Shown here: positions 50,803 through 59,894 of the stretch, piece after piece
How the letters are laid out: the number at the start of each line of letters is the position of its first letter
Position numbering within the stretch: position 1 is the first letter of the stretch
Assembly (NCBI GenBank): GCA_029262475.1
Contig: JAJCZG010000025.1
Span: forward strand, 8,224-72,223
Direction of reading: 5' to 3'
Origin: Deltaproteobacteria bacterium
GTDB taxonomy: Bacteria > Desulfobacterota > GWC2-55-46 > JAJCZF01
DNA: 64,000 nucleotides
Program-made: the position numbers and the translations under genes
Notes under the pieces: model-generated
The model's database searches: none
What the model was told of the DNA's origin: nothing
The model's input: only the letters and a program-made list of their open reading frames with translations

Positions 50803-51930
50803 ATGATTTATCTGGATAACGCAGCGACTACATACCCGAAGCCCGAGGAGACCTATGATCGTATAGACTACGTCCTTAGGAATATCGGCGGGAGCCCAGG
50901 CAGGGCGAGCCACCGTATGGCGATAGAGGCCGACAGGGTGATCTTTTCTGCGAGGGAGTCTTTAGCTAAACTCTTCGGTGTAATGGATTCATCGAGGCTG
51001 GTCTTTACGAAAAACGCCACCGAGGCCTTAAATACTGCTTTGAAGGGTCTCCTTAAGCCAGGCGACCATCTCATAACGACTGCCTTTGAGCATAATTCCG
51101 TGGCAAGGCCCGTTAAGAGGCTTGAGAGCGAAGGGGTAAGCGTTACGTGGCTAAGCGGGGCTACACCCGGTATTTTAACGCCCTCTGAAGTAAGGGCCGC
51201 GTTTAGACCCGAGACGAAGCTCGTATGCATTACTCACGCTTCGAATCTATTCGGAGCGATACTTCCCGCCGAGGGTATTGGCGCGGTTTGCCGTGAAGAA
51301 GGCGTGATATTTATGCTCGACGCTTCGCAGACAGCCGGGGCCGTTCCTTTTACCGTAAACAGCCTAAGTGTTGATATCCTCGCCGGTACGGGCCATAAGG
51401 CGCTCATGGGCCCACAGGGGACGGGGTTTCTTTATCTCGCCCCCGGTATTGAACCCGCGCCGCTCTTAGACGGCGGCACCGGCGAGATAGAGGAGGTGCT
51501 TGATCTCCCCGAAAGGCTTGAGGCGGGGACTATGAATATGCCCGGTGTCGCGGGGCTCGGGGCGGGTGTGGGCTTTCTCTTAAAGACCGGCGTTAAGAAT
51601 GTAAGAGAGCATGAGATGAAGTTATGCTCGATGCTCCTCGAAGGCATTGGCCGGATTGACGGGGCGAGTATCATCGGTCCGACCGACGCCGCCCAAAGGG
51701 CCTCTCTCGTTAGCTTTAATATTGAGGGCAAGGACCCGAGGGAGCTTGGAATAATACTTGACGAAGAATTTTCGATCATGGTGAGGAGCGGTACGCACTG
51801 CGCCCCGGAGGCCCATAAAGAGGCCGACACATTCCCGCTAGGAGCAGTAAGGGTAAGCCCCGGGTATTTTAATGCGGAAGATGATATTGAGCAGTTCCTA
51901 GGCGCCGTAAGAAAGATAGGCGCAAGGTAG
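50803..51930 (+). CDS. Aminotransferase class V / cysteine-desulfurase-family protein
   Basis: IYLDNAATT N-terminus and a PLP-fold pattern (375 aa). Confidence 0.7.
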   Translation: MIYLDNAATTYPKPEETYDRIDYVLRNIGGSPGRASHRMAIEADRVIFSARESLAKLFGVMDSSRLVFTKNATEALNTALKGLLKPGDHLITTAFEHNSVARPVKRLESEGVSVTWLSGATPGILTPSEVRAAFRPETKLVCITHASNLFGAILPAEGIGAVCREEGVIFMLDASQTAGAVPFTVNSLSVDILAGTGHKALMGPQGTGFLYLAPGIEPAPLLDGGTGEIEEVLDLPERLEAGTMNMPGVAGLGAGVGFLLKTGVKNVREHEMKLCSMLLEGIGRIDGASIIGPTDAAQRASLVSFNIEGKDPRELGIILDEEFSIMVRSGTHCAPEAHKEADTFPLGAVRVSPGYFNAEDDIEQFLGAVRKIGAR

Positions 51931-52004
51931 GCGAACCCGTACCATGAGCTGAGTTTGAATATAAAGTTTTCTTAACCGGAAACTTTTTTAAGGTAAAAGA
52001 AAAG

Positions 52005-53021
52005 ATGTTGATACTGGGCATAGAAACCTCATGCGACGATACTTCGGCTGCGGTAGTGGAGGAAGGCACACTTGTTCGCTCCTCCGTTGTGTCGTCTCAG
52101 GACGAGATACACGGCCTCTACGGGGGCATAGTGCCGGAGCTTGCCTCCAGAAGGCATATCGAGATGATAGCGCCGGTAGTAGGTGAGGCGTTAGACAGGG
52201 CAGGCGTAACGCTCGATGGTATTGACGGCATAGGCGTTACCGTCGGGCCCGGCCTCGTGGGGTCGCTCCTTATCGGCTTGTCCTTTGCCAAGGCCGTTGG
52301 CTACGCAAAGGCAATCCCCTTTGTCGGTGTAAACCATATAATGGCGCACCCGCTTGCGGCGTTCCTTACGAGCGGGAGTGAAGACCCGCTTGTCGGGCCT
52401 GAGTTTCCACTCCTTGCGCTCGTCGTCTCCGGCGGACACACCTCTCTTATCTTATATGAGGGGTTCAATACTGCGAGGGTAGTAGGCTGTACGCGTGACG
52501 ACGCCGCAGGCGAGGCATTCGATAAGGTCGCAAAGCTCCTCGGACTCGGTTATCCTGGCGGTGCGGTGATAGACCGCCTGGCCCGAGAGGGGGACGCGAA
52601 GGCCGTTCCTTTTAAGCGTACATACTTGGAGCGCGGGAACCTGGAGTTCAGTTTTAGCGGCATAAAGACTGCGGTACTACAACATTTGAAGAAGCTCGAA
52701 CGGAAACCCACCGAAGATGAGATAAAGGATATAGCTGCGAGTTTCCAGGAGGCGGTAGTAGACGTACTGGTAAGAAAGGTTCAGTGGGGCGCCGAAGAGA
52801 CTGGCGTTAATACTATCGTCGCCGCAGGAGGGGTGGCGTGTAATTCAAGGCTCAGGGAAAGGCTCTCCGTGATGGCAGGTGTTGAGGGGTTTAAGCTCTT
52901 TATCCCCCCCCCGGCCTTTTGTAGCGATAACGCGGCGATGGTCGCCCTCTCGGCGTTTCATACCTTAAGGGAGGGTAACGAGGGGCTTTCACTTAACGCT
53001 AACCCCAACCTCGAGATATGA
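52005..53021 (+). CDS. tsaD: tRNA N6-adenosine threonylcarbamoyltransferase
   Basis: ILGIETSCDDTSAAV, GGVACN. Confidence 0.9.
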   Translation: MLILGIETSCDDTSAAVVEEGTLVRSSVVSSQDEIHGLYGGIVPELASRRHIEMIAPVVGEALDRAGVTLDGIDGIGVTVGPGLVGSLLIGLSFAKAVGYAKAIPFVGVNHIMAHPLAAFLTSGSEDPLVGPEFPLLALVVSGGHTSLILYEGFNTARVVGCTRDDAAGEAFDKVAKLLGLGYPGGAVIDRLAREGDAKAVPFKRTYLERGNLEFSFSGIKTAVLQHLKKLERKPTEDEIKDIAASFQEAVVDVLVRKVQWGAEETGVNTIVAAGGVACNSRLRERLSVMAGVEGFKLFIPPPAFCSDNAAMVALSAFHTLREGNEGLSLNANPNLEI

Positions 53022-53845
53022 AGGGTAATATGGAGATAGTGAATCACAGGCCAAGGAAGAGGTTTAGCCAGAACTTCCTCGTAGACAGGGGGGCTGCGCA
53101 GAGGATAGTCTCGCTTGCCGATATTGAGGAAGGAGACAGGCTAATAGAGGTCGGCCCCGGAAGGGGTGTGCTTACGCGGCTCCTCCTCGATGCCGGGGCC
53201 TATGTCACCTCCATAGAGATAGACACGTCGCTCGCAGAGGGGCTTTCGAAGTATTTTGGCAAGAGGGAGGGTTTTGAGCTTATTACAAAGGATGCCCTCA
53301 AATTCTCGTTTCTTGATTATTCCGAGAAGTTCGGGGTACGTTTTAAGCTCGTATCGAACCTTCCGTATAATATCTCCGGGCCGATGCTCGCCAAGCTCTT
53401 GGACGAGCGCGACGCCCTCTCGCTCATGGTCCTAATGTTTCAAAAGGAGGTCGGCGAGCGGATAACGGCCTTGCCCGATACCAAAGCCTACGGCTCTCTA
53501 TCGGTCCTCGCCCAGACCTTTGCCGACGTCACTACGGAGTTCGACCTGCCGCCCGGCGCATTCCGTCCGGCCCCGAAGGTAAACTCAACTGTCCTTAAAC
53601 TGCGCATTCTTGATGCCCCGAGGGTCGAAGTCCCGGACTACGCCCTATATAAGCGGGTAGTAAGGGGCGCATTCGCTCACAGGAGAAAGACGCTCCCTAA
53701 TACGCTTAAGGGGCTTGGCTTTGAGCGAGATGAGGTGCTCTCCGCTCTCAATACTGCAGGGATTAGCCCCGGAAGACGCGGGGAAACACTCGACCTTGAG
53801 GAGTTTTCAAAGCTTACATTAGCTTTCCACGCAATACCACACTAG
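53018..53845 (+). CDS. rsmA: 16S rRNA (adenine1518/1519-N6)-dimethyltransferase
   Basis: RFSQNFL, EVGPGRGVLT. Overlaps tsaD by 4 bp. Confidence 0.85.
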   Translation: MKGNMEIVNHRPRKRFSQNFLVDRGAAQRIVSLADIEEGDRLIEVGPGRGVLTRLLLDAGAYVTSIEIDTSLAEGLSKYFGKREGFELITKDALKFSFLDYSEKFGVRFKLVSNLPYNISGPMLAKLLDERDALSLMVLMFQKEVGERITALPDTKAYGSLSVLAQTFADVTTEFDLPPGAFRPAPKVNSTVLKLRILDAPRVEVPDYALYKRVVRGAFAHRRKTLPNTLKGLGFERDEVLSALNTAGISPGRRGETLDLEEFSKLTLAFHAIPH

Positions 53846-53849
53846 TGTG

Positions 53850-54115
53850 GCAGGCCAGCCTGCTTTTAATTCGCGCAATGAACCGCCTATAGTTTACAGA
53901 CATCTCCTACGACGCGGCGAAGGCCGGTGCATTGGAGAGATCTGCTTGGTTTTTTGAATTGCGCTTAGCGAATAAGAGCGCACTGGTGCGTCAGGAGCAG
54001 TTTTGCCTTAATTCTTGCAATTTATATAGGCGGTAGCCGCGTAGTACGGCTTTGGCAGGCCACCTGAGTCCTCGTTGCGCGTATCAGGAGCACGCCTGCG
54101 TGCCCGAATAGACTT
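53850..54115. repeat. Dispersed intergenic repeat, locus D: a direct copy and an inverted copy facing each other
   Basis: GGCAGGCCAGCCTGCTTTTAATTCGCGCAATGAACCGCCTATAG, close to locus A. The right half, GCCGCGTAGTACGG...GTTGCGCGTATCAGG, is a reverse complement. Confidence 0.7.
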
Positions 54116-54155
54116 GACTTTTAAGTATTTCGTGAGATAATTTATTTCTATTTCT

Positions 54156-54803
54156 ATGATGGATACAGCCAGATACATTGCTCTTGAGGGCCCTATAGGG
54201 GTCGGTAAAACTTCGCTAGCCACTTTGCTTGCCGAAGAGCTTCAGGGTTCCACCATATTTGAGGAGGTGGAGAACAACCCGTTTCTCCCGAAGTTTTATA
54301 AGGATATCAAGAAATACGCTTTCCAGACCCAGCTATTTTTTCTGCTGAGCCGCTTTCAGCAGCAAAAGGAACTTAATCAGCACGACCTCTTCAAGAGTAC
54401 CGTGATAAGCGATTATATCTTTGCAAAGGACAAGATATTTGCTTACCTGAACCTCGACGAGGACGAGCTTGGGCTCTACGAGGAAACTTACAGGCTCCTT
54501 GATGCGAGGATACCTAAGCCTGACCTGGTCATATACCTTCAGGCATCGTGCGAGGCGCTCCTTGAGAGGATAGAGAAGAGAAATAACGACTACGAGCAGA
54601 CGATAACGAAGGATTATCTTAAAAGGCTCGTTGAGTCATACGATAAGTACTTTTTTTATTATAACGATACACCCCTTCTCGTGGTAAATACCACGGAGAT
54701 AGATTTTGTAACTAACCCCTCGGACTTATCCAACCTTATTAAGGAGATAAAGTCCATACGGGGGGGATGTCATCATTATATACCGCTTGGATCCACAGAG
54801 TAG
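54156..54803 (+). CDS. Deoxynucleoside kinase (dGK/dAK family)
   Basis: ALEGPIGVGKTS P-loop and a dNK fold (215 aa). Confidence 0.75.
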   Translation: MMDTARYIALEGPIGVGKTSLATLLAEELQGSTIFEEVENNPFLPKFYKDIKKYAFQTQLFFLLSRFQQQKELNQHDLFKSTVISDYIFAKDKIFAYLNLDEDELGLYEETYRLLDARIPKPDLVIYLQASCEALLERIEKRNNDYEQTITKDYLKRLVESYDKYFFYYNDTPLLVVNTTEIDFVTNPSDLSNLIKEIKSIRGGCHHYIPLGSTE

Positions 54804-54974
54804 AACGGACCGGGACGGAAGTACAGGGAGGGCGTAGGGCATTATATAAAGACGCCACCCCGAGTATCTCTGCGTATTGCCACTTGAGTTTCCAAGGGAA
54901 GAGGTACTCGCAGCTATGCCTTCCGTATCCGTATGGAAGGCTTTTTTATTTCCGGAGGAAGGAAGCTTTTAGAT

Positions 54975-55784
54975 ATGAAAAAGAGAAAGATTACAGTGCC
55001 GGATATCCTTAAGATGAAGAGGGACGGGGTGAAGATACCCGTGCTTACGGCTTACGGGGCTTCCATTGCGGCGCTACTCGACAGGGCAGGTGTTCCGATA
55101 CTCCTGGTCGGCGACTCCGTCGGTATGGTGGAGGCGGGGCACGAGACTACCCTGGAGGTAACGGTGGAGGATATCATCTACCACACGAGGGCCGTAAGGA
55201 GGGTTTCGAGCGAAGCGCTCGTCGTGGCCGATATGCCTTTCATGTCTTACCAGGTTTCTGTTGAGGATGCTTTAAAAAATGCCGGGAGGCTCGTTAAGGA
55301 AGGTATGGCCTCAGCCGTAAAGGTAGAGGGCGGACAAAGGACGGCTGCCGTAATACGAGCGATAACAGATATTGATATACCCGTCATGGGCCATATAGGG
55401 CTAACGCCGCAGTCGGTCCACAGGATGGGCGGCTATAGGGTGCAGGGCAGGTCAGGGGCCGAGGCTGAGATACTTACCGAAGACGCCCTGGCAGTCGAAG
55501 AGTCCGGGGCCTTTGCCGTAGTGCTTGAAGGAATCCCTATGAAGCTCGCACGCACCATTACGGAGCGCCTATCTATACCGACTATCGGTATCGGTGCCGG
55601 CCCTCATACCGACGGGCAGGTATTAGTCGTTAACGATATGCTCGGTATGGCCTCACCGACGGGCACACCGAAGTTCGTAAGGAGGTACGCCGACCTTGAG
55701 ACGGTAATCCTTACGGCTGTGGAGCGGTATACGAGGGATGTTATTCAGGGAAAATTCCCAACAGAGGAAGAGAGTTATAAGTAG
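54975..55784 (+). CDS. panB: 3-methyl-2-oxobutanoate hydroxymethyltransferase
   Basis: LTAYGASIAALLDRAGVPILLVGDSVGMV. Start chosen at MKKRKI. Confidence 0.9.
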   Translation: MKKRKITVPDILKMKRDGVKIPVLTAYGASIAALLDRAGVPILLVGDSVGMVEAGHETTLEVTVEDIIYHTRAVRRVSSEALVVADMPFMSYQVSVEDALKNAGRLVKEGMASAVKVEGGQRTAAVIRAITDIDIPVMGHIGLTPQSVHRMGGYRVQGRSGAEAEILTEDALAVEESGAFAVVLEGIPMKLARTITERLSIPTIGIGAGPHTDGQVLVVNDMLGMASPTGTPKFVRRYADLETVILTAVERYTRDVIQGKFPTEEESYK

Positions 55785-55789
55785 CTAAC

Positions 55790-56632
55790 GTGCGTCTTAT
55801 TGAAGAGTTAGGGGAGATGAGTAGAGCTTCGCTCTCCGAACGAGCGGCGGGGAGAAGGGTGGCGCTCGTGCCGACGATGGGCGCGCTCCATGAGGGGCAC
55901 CTTAAGCTCATTAAAGTAGCGCGAGAATTGTCGGATACGCTGGTCGTGAGCATATTCGTTAACCCTGCGCAGTTCGGTGAGAATGAGGATCTGAGCTCTT
56001 ACCCGAGAAGGCTTGCCGGAGATACGGAGAAGGCCGAAGCCGAGGGCGCGGATATAATTTTTCACCCGTCGGCTGAAGATGTCTATCCCAAAGGCTCTTC
56101 TACCTGGATAGATGTCGAGGGGGTCTCTACCGGGCTCTGCGGCGCCTCGAGGCCCGGCCACTTCAGGGGGGTGGCGACGGTGGTCCTTAAGTTATTTAAT
56201 ATCGTTAAACCCCATAGCGCCGTCTTTGGCTTGAAGGACTATCAGCAGTTCGTCGTCATAAAGAAGATGGTAAGGGACCTAAACCTGGACGTAGAGCTAA
56301 CCGGGGTAGATACGGTAAGGGAAGCCGACGGTCTCGCCATGAGTTCGAGGAACGTCTACCTGAGCGCCCGTGAGCGCAAGGCGGCTCTCTCTCTTCCGGC
56401 TGCACTCGATGCCGGGAAACTTCTCTTTATTGCAGGTGAGAGGGAGGCGGTAAGAATCGCCGGTGCCGCGAAGAAAGTTATAGAGAAAGAGGAGCTTGCC
56501 GTGGTAGATTATATCGAGCTTTGCGATAGCTTGACGCTTGAGCCGGTCGGTAAGCTGGGTAAGACGACGCTCCTCGCCGCCGCCGTAAAGGTAGGCAGCA
56601 CGAGACTTATAGATAACGTCATATTGTCGTAA
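55790..56632 (+). CDS. panC: Pantoate--beta-alanine ligase
   Basis: VALVPTMGALHEGH (HxGH motif). Confidence 0.85.
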   Translation: MRLIEELGEMSRASLSERAAGRRVALVPTMGALHEGHLKLIKVARELSDTLVVSIFVNPAQFGENEDLSSYPRRLAGDTEKAEAEGADIIFHPSAEDVYPKGSSTWIDVEGVSTGLCGASRPGHFRGVATVVLKLFNIVKPHSAVFGLKDYQQFVVIKKMVRDLNLDVELTGVDTVREADGLAMSSRNVYLSARERKAALSLPAALDAGKLLFIAGEREAVRIAGAAKKVIEKEELAVVDYIELCDSLTLEPVGKLGKTTLLAAAVKVGSTRLIDNVILS

Positions 56633-56701
56633 GGGCGGGGCGCTTACCCATTCGTACCGGGTGCCCCCGCGTGGAACCAATCTGTAGGAGGATTTCAGAG
56701 A

Positions 56702-57079
56702 ATGCAGAGAGTAATGTTAAAGGGCAAGATCCACAGGGCCACCGTTACCGGCGCAAACCTCGACTACGAGGGGAGCATTGCCCTAGACGAGGAGCTTATG
56801 GAGCTTTCGGGCATAATTGAGTTCGAGCAGGTCCAGATATATAACGTGACTAACGGAAACCGCTTTGAGACGTATACCATAAACGGAGGCAGGGGGACCG
56901 GGACGGTAAGCATCAACGGGGCCGCCGCGCACCTTGCAAAAGAGGGAGATATTGTTATAATAGCCTCTTATGCGAGGTATACCGACGCCGAATCTGCAGT
57001 GCACAAACCAATGATGGTCTATGTTGATGCCTCAAATAAGGTTACGCACACAAGCACCGCGCTTGCGGCCAATTTATGA
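56702..57079 (+). CDS. panD: Aspartate 1-decarboxylase
   Basis: MLKGKIHRATVTGANLDYEGS, self-processing Gly-Ser site. Confidence 0.9.
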   Translation: MQRVMLKGKIHRATVTGANLDYEGSIALDEELMELSGIIEFEQVQIYNVTNGNRFETYTINGGRGTGTVSINGAAAHLAKEGDIVIIASYARYTDAESAVHKPMMVYVDASNKVTHTSTALAANL

Positions 57080-57756
57080 AGAAGAAGAGGACTATTAGAG
57101 GTTACTTCATGACGGGGTTGGTGCTGGTCGTCCCGTTATTCGTAACAGGCTACATCATAAAGCTGATAGTAACCTTTTTAAGCTCTCTTACCAGCGCGAT
57201 ACCGGAGTTTTTGAGGCCGGAGAACTATCTTCCTTATCATTTTCCGGGCATTGAGATTGCTATTACGATAGTCGGCATATTCCTGATCGGCGTGCTGGCT
57301 ACTAATATCCTTGGCAATAAGCTTGTATCCATAGGCGAGGCTATCCTCGACAGGATACCAATACTACGTATCATATACAAGGGAACGAAGCAGTTCCTGG
57401 AGACCTTCTTCTCCGGAGATAAAGAGGGTTTCAGCAGTGTCGTCATGGTGGAGTACCCGAGAAGGGGCATCTACTGTCTGGCATTCGTCACCGGGAGGAC
57501 CAAGGGCGAAGTGCAGGCGAGGACCGAGGAGAATACGATAAACCTCTTCCTCCCGACGACGCCCAATCCGACCTCCGGGTTTTATCTCGTCATTCCGGAG
57601 AAGGATACCATACCGCTCTCCATGAGTGTTGAAGACGCATTCAAGGTGATAATGACCGGCGGCATGGTCGTCCCGAGCGAAGACATCCGTAAGCGCAACA
57701 AGGAAAAGAAGAAGAGTAAAGACGTTCTCGGCCCGTCGGCGTGGCGGCTCTACTAG
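57076..57756 (+). CDS. DUF502-family membrane protein
   Basis: Two N-terminal TM helices plus a conserved DUF502 C-terminal region. Overlaps panD by 4 bp. Confidence 0.55.
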   Translation: MKKKRTIRGYFMTGLVLVVPLFVTGYIIKLIVTFLSSLTSAIPEFLRPENYLPYHFPGIEIAITIVGIFLIGVLATNILGNKLVSIGEAILDRIPILRIIYKGTKQFLETFFSGDKEGFSSVVMVEYPRRGIYCLAFVTGRTKGEVQARTEENTINLFLPTTPNPTSGFYLVIPEKDTIPLSMSVEDAFKVIMTGGMVVPSEDIRKRNKEKKKSKDVLGPSAWRLY

Positions 57757-57812
57757 AGGCGGGTACAGAGCCGGAACAAAAATAAAATAAAGTAAGGGAG
57801 CAATATTAATAG

Positions 57813-59864
57813 ATGAATAAGAGCTTTGACGAACTAGACGACCTTTGTATAAATACCTTAAGAACCCTCGCTATCGACGCCGTTGAGAAGGCCAAATCCG
57901 GCCATCCCGGCATGCCGATGGGGGACGCCGCAATGACGTACGTCCTCTGGGACAGGTTTCTAAGGCATAACCCGAAGGACCCAGAATGGGAGGGGAGGGA
58001 CCGTTTCGTCCTCTCCGCCGGACACGGCTCCATGCTCCTCTATTCGCTCCTTCACATGACCGGCTACCCCCTTACCAGGGAAGACCTTATGGATTTCAGG
58101 CAGTGGGGGAGTAAGACCCCGGGACACCCGGAGTACGACCCGGAGATCGGCGTCGAGATGACGACCGGGCCGCTGGGGCAGGGTTTTGCCACAGGTGTCG
58201 GCATGGCGATGGCCGAGCGTTATAAGGCAGAGCGCTATAATAAGCCCGGCTTTGAACCAATCAAATATAATATCTACGCGGTAACGAGCGACGGAGACCT
58301 GATGGAAGGTGTCTCTAACGAGGCGGCGTCCATCGCCGGGCATCTGGGGCTTGGAAGTTTAGTCTATCTCTACTCCGATAACCGCATCACCATCGAAGGG
58401 AGAACAGACCTTAGCTTTTCAGAAGATGTGGGGGCGAGGTTTACAGCCCTCGGATGGCACATCTTGAGGGTAGACGGGAAAGACCCGGAGAGTGTTGCAA
58501 ATGCAATAGAAGAGGCGAAGGTCGAGGAGGGGAAACCGTCGCTTATAATAGCGCGTACATTCATCGGCTACGGTAGCCCGGGTAAGCAGGACGACTCATC
58601 CAGCCACGGCTCGCCACTTGGCGCGGACGAGGTAAAGCTCACCAAAGAAGCTCTTGGCTGGCCGCTTGAGCCAGCCTTTCATATCCCCGCCGATGCGCTC
58701 TCGTATATGAGAAAAGCAGAGGAGCGCGGCGAAAAACGCCAGAAAGAATGGAACGAACTCCTAGCCGCTTACGCTAAAGAGTACCCGGAGCTTTCGGCGG
58801 AGCTTACCGGCGGCGGAGAGATAATAACAGACGAGCTTTTGGCGGCGATACCGTCGTTTAAGGCCGAGGACGGCCCGGTGGCTACGCGGAGCGTATCGGG
58901 TAAAGCGCTTAACGCCGTAGCCCTGAAGAGTGAACTAATACTCGGCGGCTCTGCGGACCTTGCCCCGTCTAATAACACGTGGCTTAAGGGTATGGAGGTT
59001 TTTACAAAGGAAAAGGCTGGGAGGAATATCCACTTCGGCGTAAGGGAGCACGCCATGGGATCGATCCTTAACGGCATGGCTCTCGGCGGAAGGCTCATCC
59101 CTTACGGTGGCACATTCCTCGTCTTCTCGGATTATATGAAGCCTGCCATAAGGCTGGCGGCCCTGATGGGACTCCGGGTCGTATATGTATTTACCCACGA
59201 CTCGATTGGCCTTGGCGAAGACGGCCCGACGCACCAGCCCGTGGAGCACCTGGCGGCCCTTAGGGCGGTGCCGAACCTTACGGTAATCCGTCCGGCCGAC
59301 GCAAACGAGACGGCATGCGCATGGAAGGCGGGTCTTCTAAATTCTTCAGGTCCGACGGCATTGGTGCTGACCCGTCAGAAGGTGCCGATCCTGGACGAGG
59401 TAAAATATCCGGCGGTCGCCGGTGGAGCCGCCCTTATGAAGGGCGGCTATGTAGTCGCAGAGACGGATAAGCCGCTGGAGCTTATACTTATCGCCTCAGG
59501 CTCGGAGCTTCACCCGGCGCTCGAGGCCTTTGAAGAGCTATCAGCCGACGGCGTAGGGGTAAGGGTAGTTAGCATGCCGAGCTTCGAGTTATTCGAGGCG
59601 CAGGGTGAGGAGTATAAGGAGTTGGTCCTTCCGCGTGAGGTCAGCAGGAGGGTGGCCGTGGAGGCCGCATCTTCACTCGGGTGGGGCAGGTACGTAGGGC
59701 TTGGCGGCTCAGTAATCGCCCTTGATCGCTTCGGCGCAAGCGCGCCCTACGAGACTTCCTTTAAAAAATTAGGTTTTACCAGGGAAAATATCGTCTCCCG
59801 TAGCAGGACGCTTCTAAATACCGGCGAGTCCGCGATAGGACAGCTCACCGGGATATCATCATAA
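57813..59864 (+). CDS. tkt: Transketolase
   Basis: GHPGMPMG...[12 protein letters not shown]. Length 683 aa. Confidence 0.9.
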   Translation: MNKSFDELDDLCINTLRTLAIDAVEKAKSGHPGMPMGDAAMTYVLWDRFLRHNPKDPEWEGRDRFVLSAGHGSMLLYSLLHMTGYPLTREDLMDFRQWGSKTPGHPEYDPEIGVEMTTGPLGQGFATGVGMAMAERYKAERYNKPGFEPIKYNIYAVTSDGDLMEGVSNEAASIAGHLGLGSLVYLYSDNRITIEGRTDLSFSEDVGARFTALGWHILRVDGKDPESVANAIEEAKVEEGKPSLIIARTFIGYGSPGKQDDSSSHGSPLGADEVKLTKEALGWPLEPAFHIPADALSYMRKAEERGEKRQKEWNELLAAYAKEYPELSAELTGGGEIITDELLAAIPSFKAEDGPVATRSVSGKALNAVALKSELILGGSADLAPSNNTWLKGMEVFTKEKAGRNIHFGVREHAMGSILNGMALGGRLIPYGGTFLVFSDYMKPAIRLAALMGLRVVYVFTHDSIGLGEDGPTHQPVEHLAALRAVPNLTVIRPADANETACAWKAGLLNSSGPTALVLTRQKVPILDEVKYPAVAGGAALMKGGYVVAETDKPLELILIASGSELHPALEAFEELSADGVGVRVVSMPSFELFEAQGEEYKELVLPREVSRRVAVEAASSLGWGRYVGLGGSVIALDRFGASAPYETSFKKLGFTRENIVSRSRTLLNTGESAIGQLTGISS

Positions 59865-59894
59865 TCTTACTAAGATTTCAAGGAGGTTTCGCTG

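Noticed and set aside
36395-54115. Whether the intergenic repeats could be CRISPR arrays
   Set aside because: The copies are imperfect, in both orientations, irregularly spaced, and 100-180 bp long. There is no short, exact, regularly spaced repeat and no cas genes.
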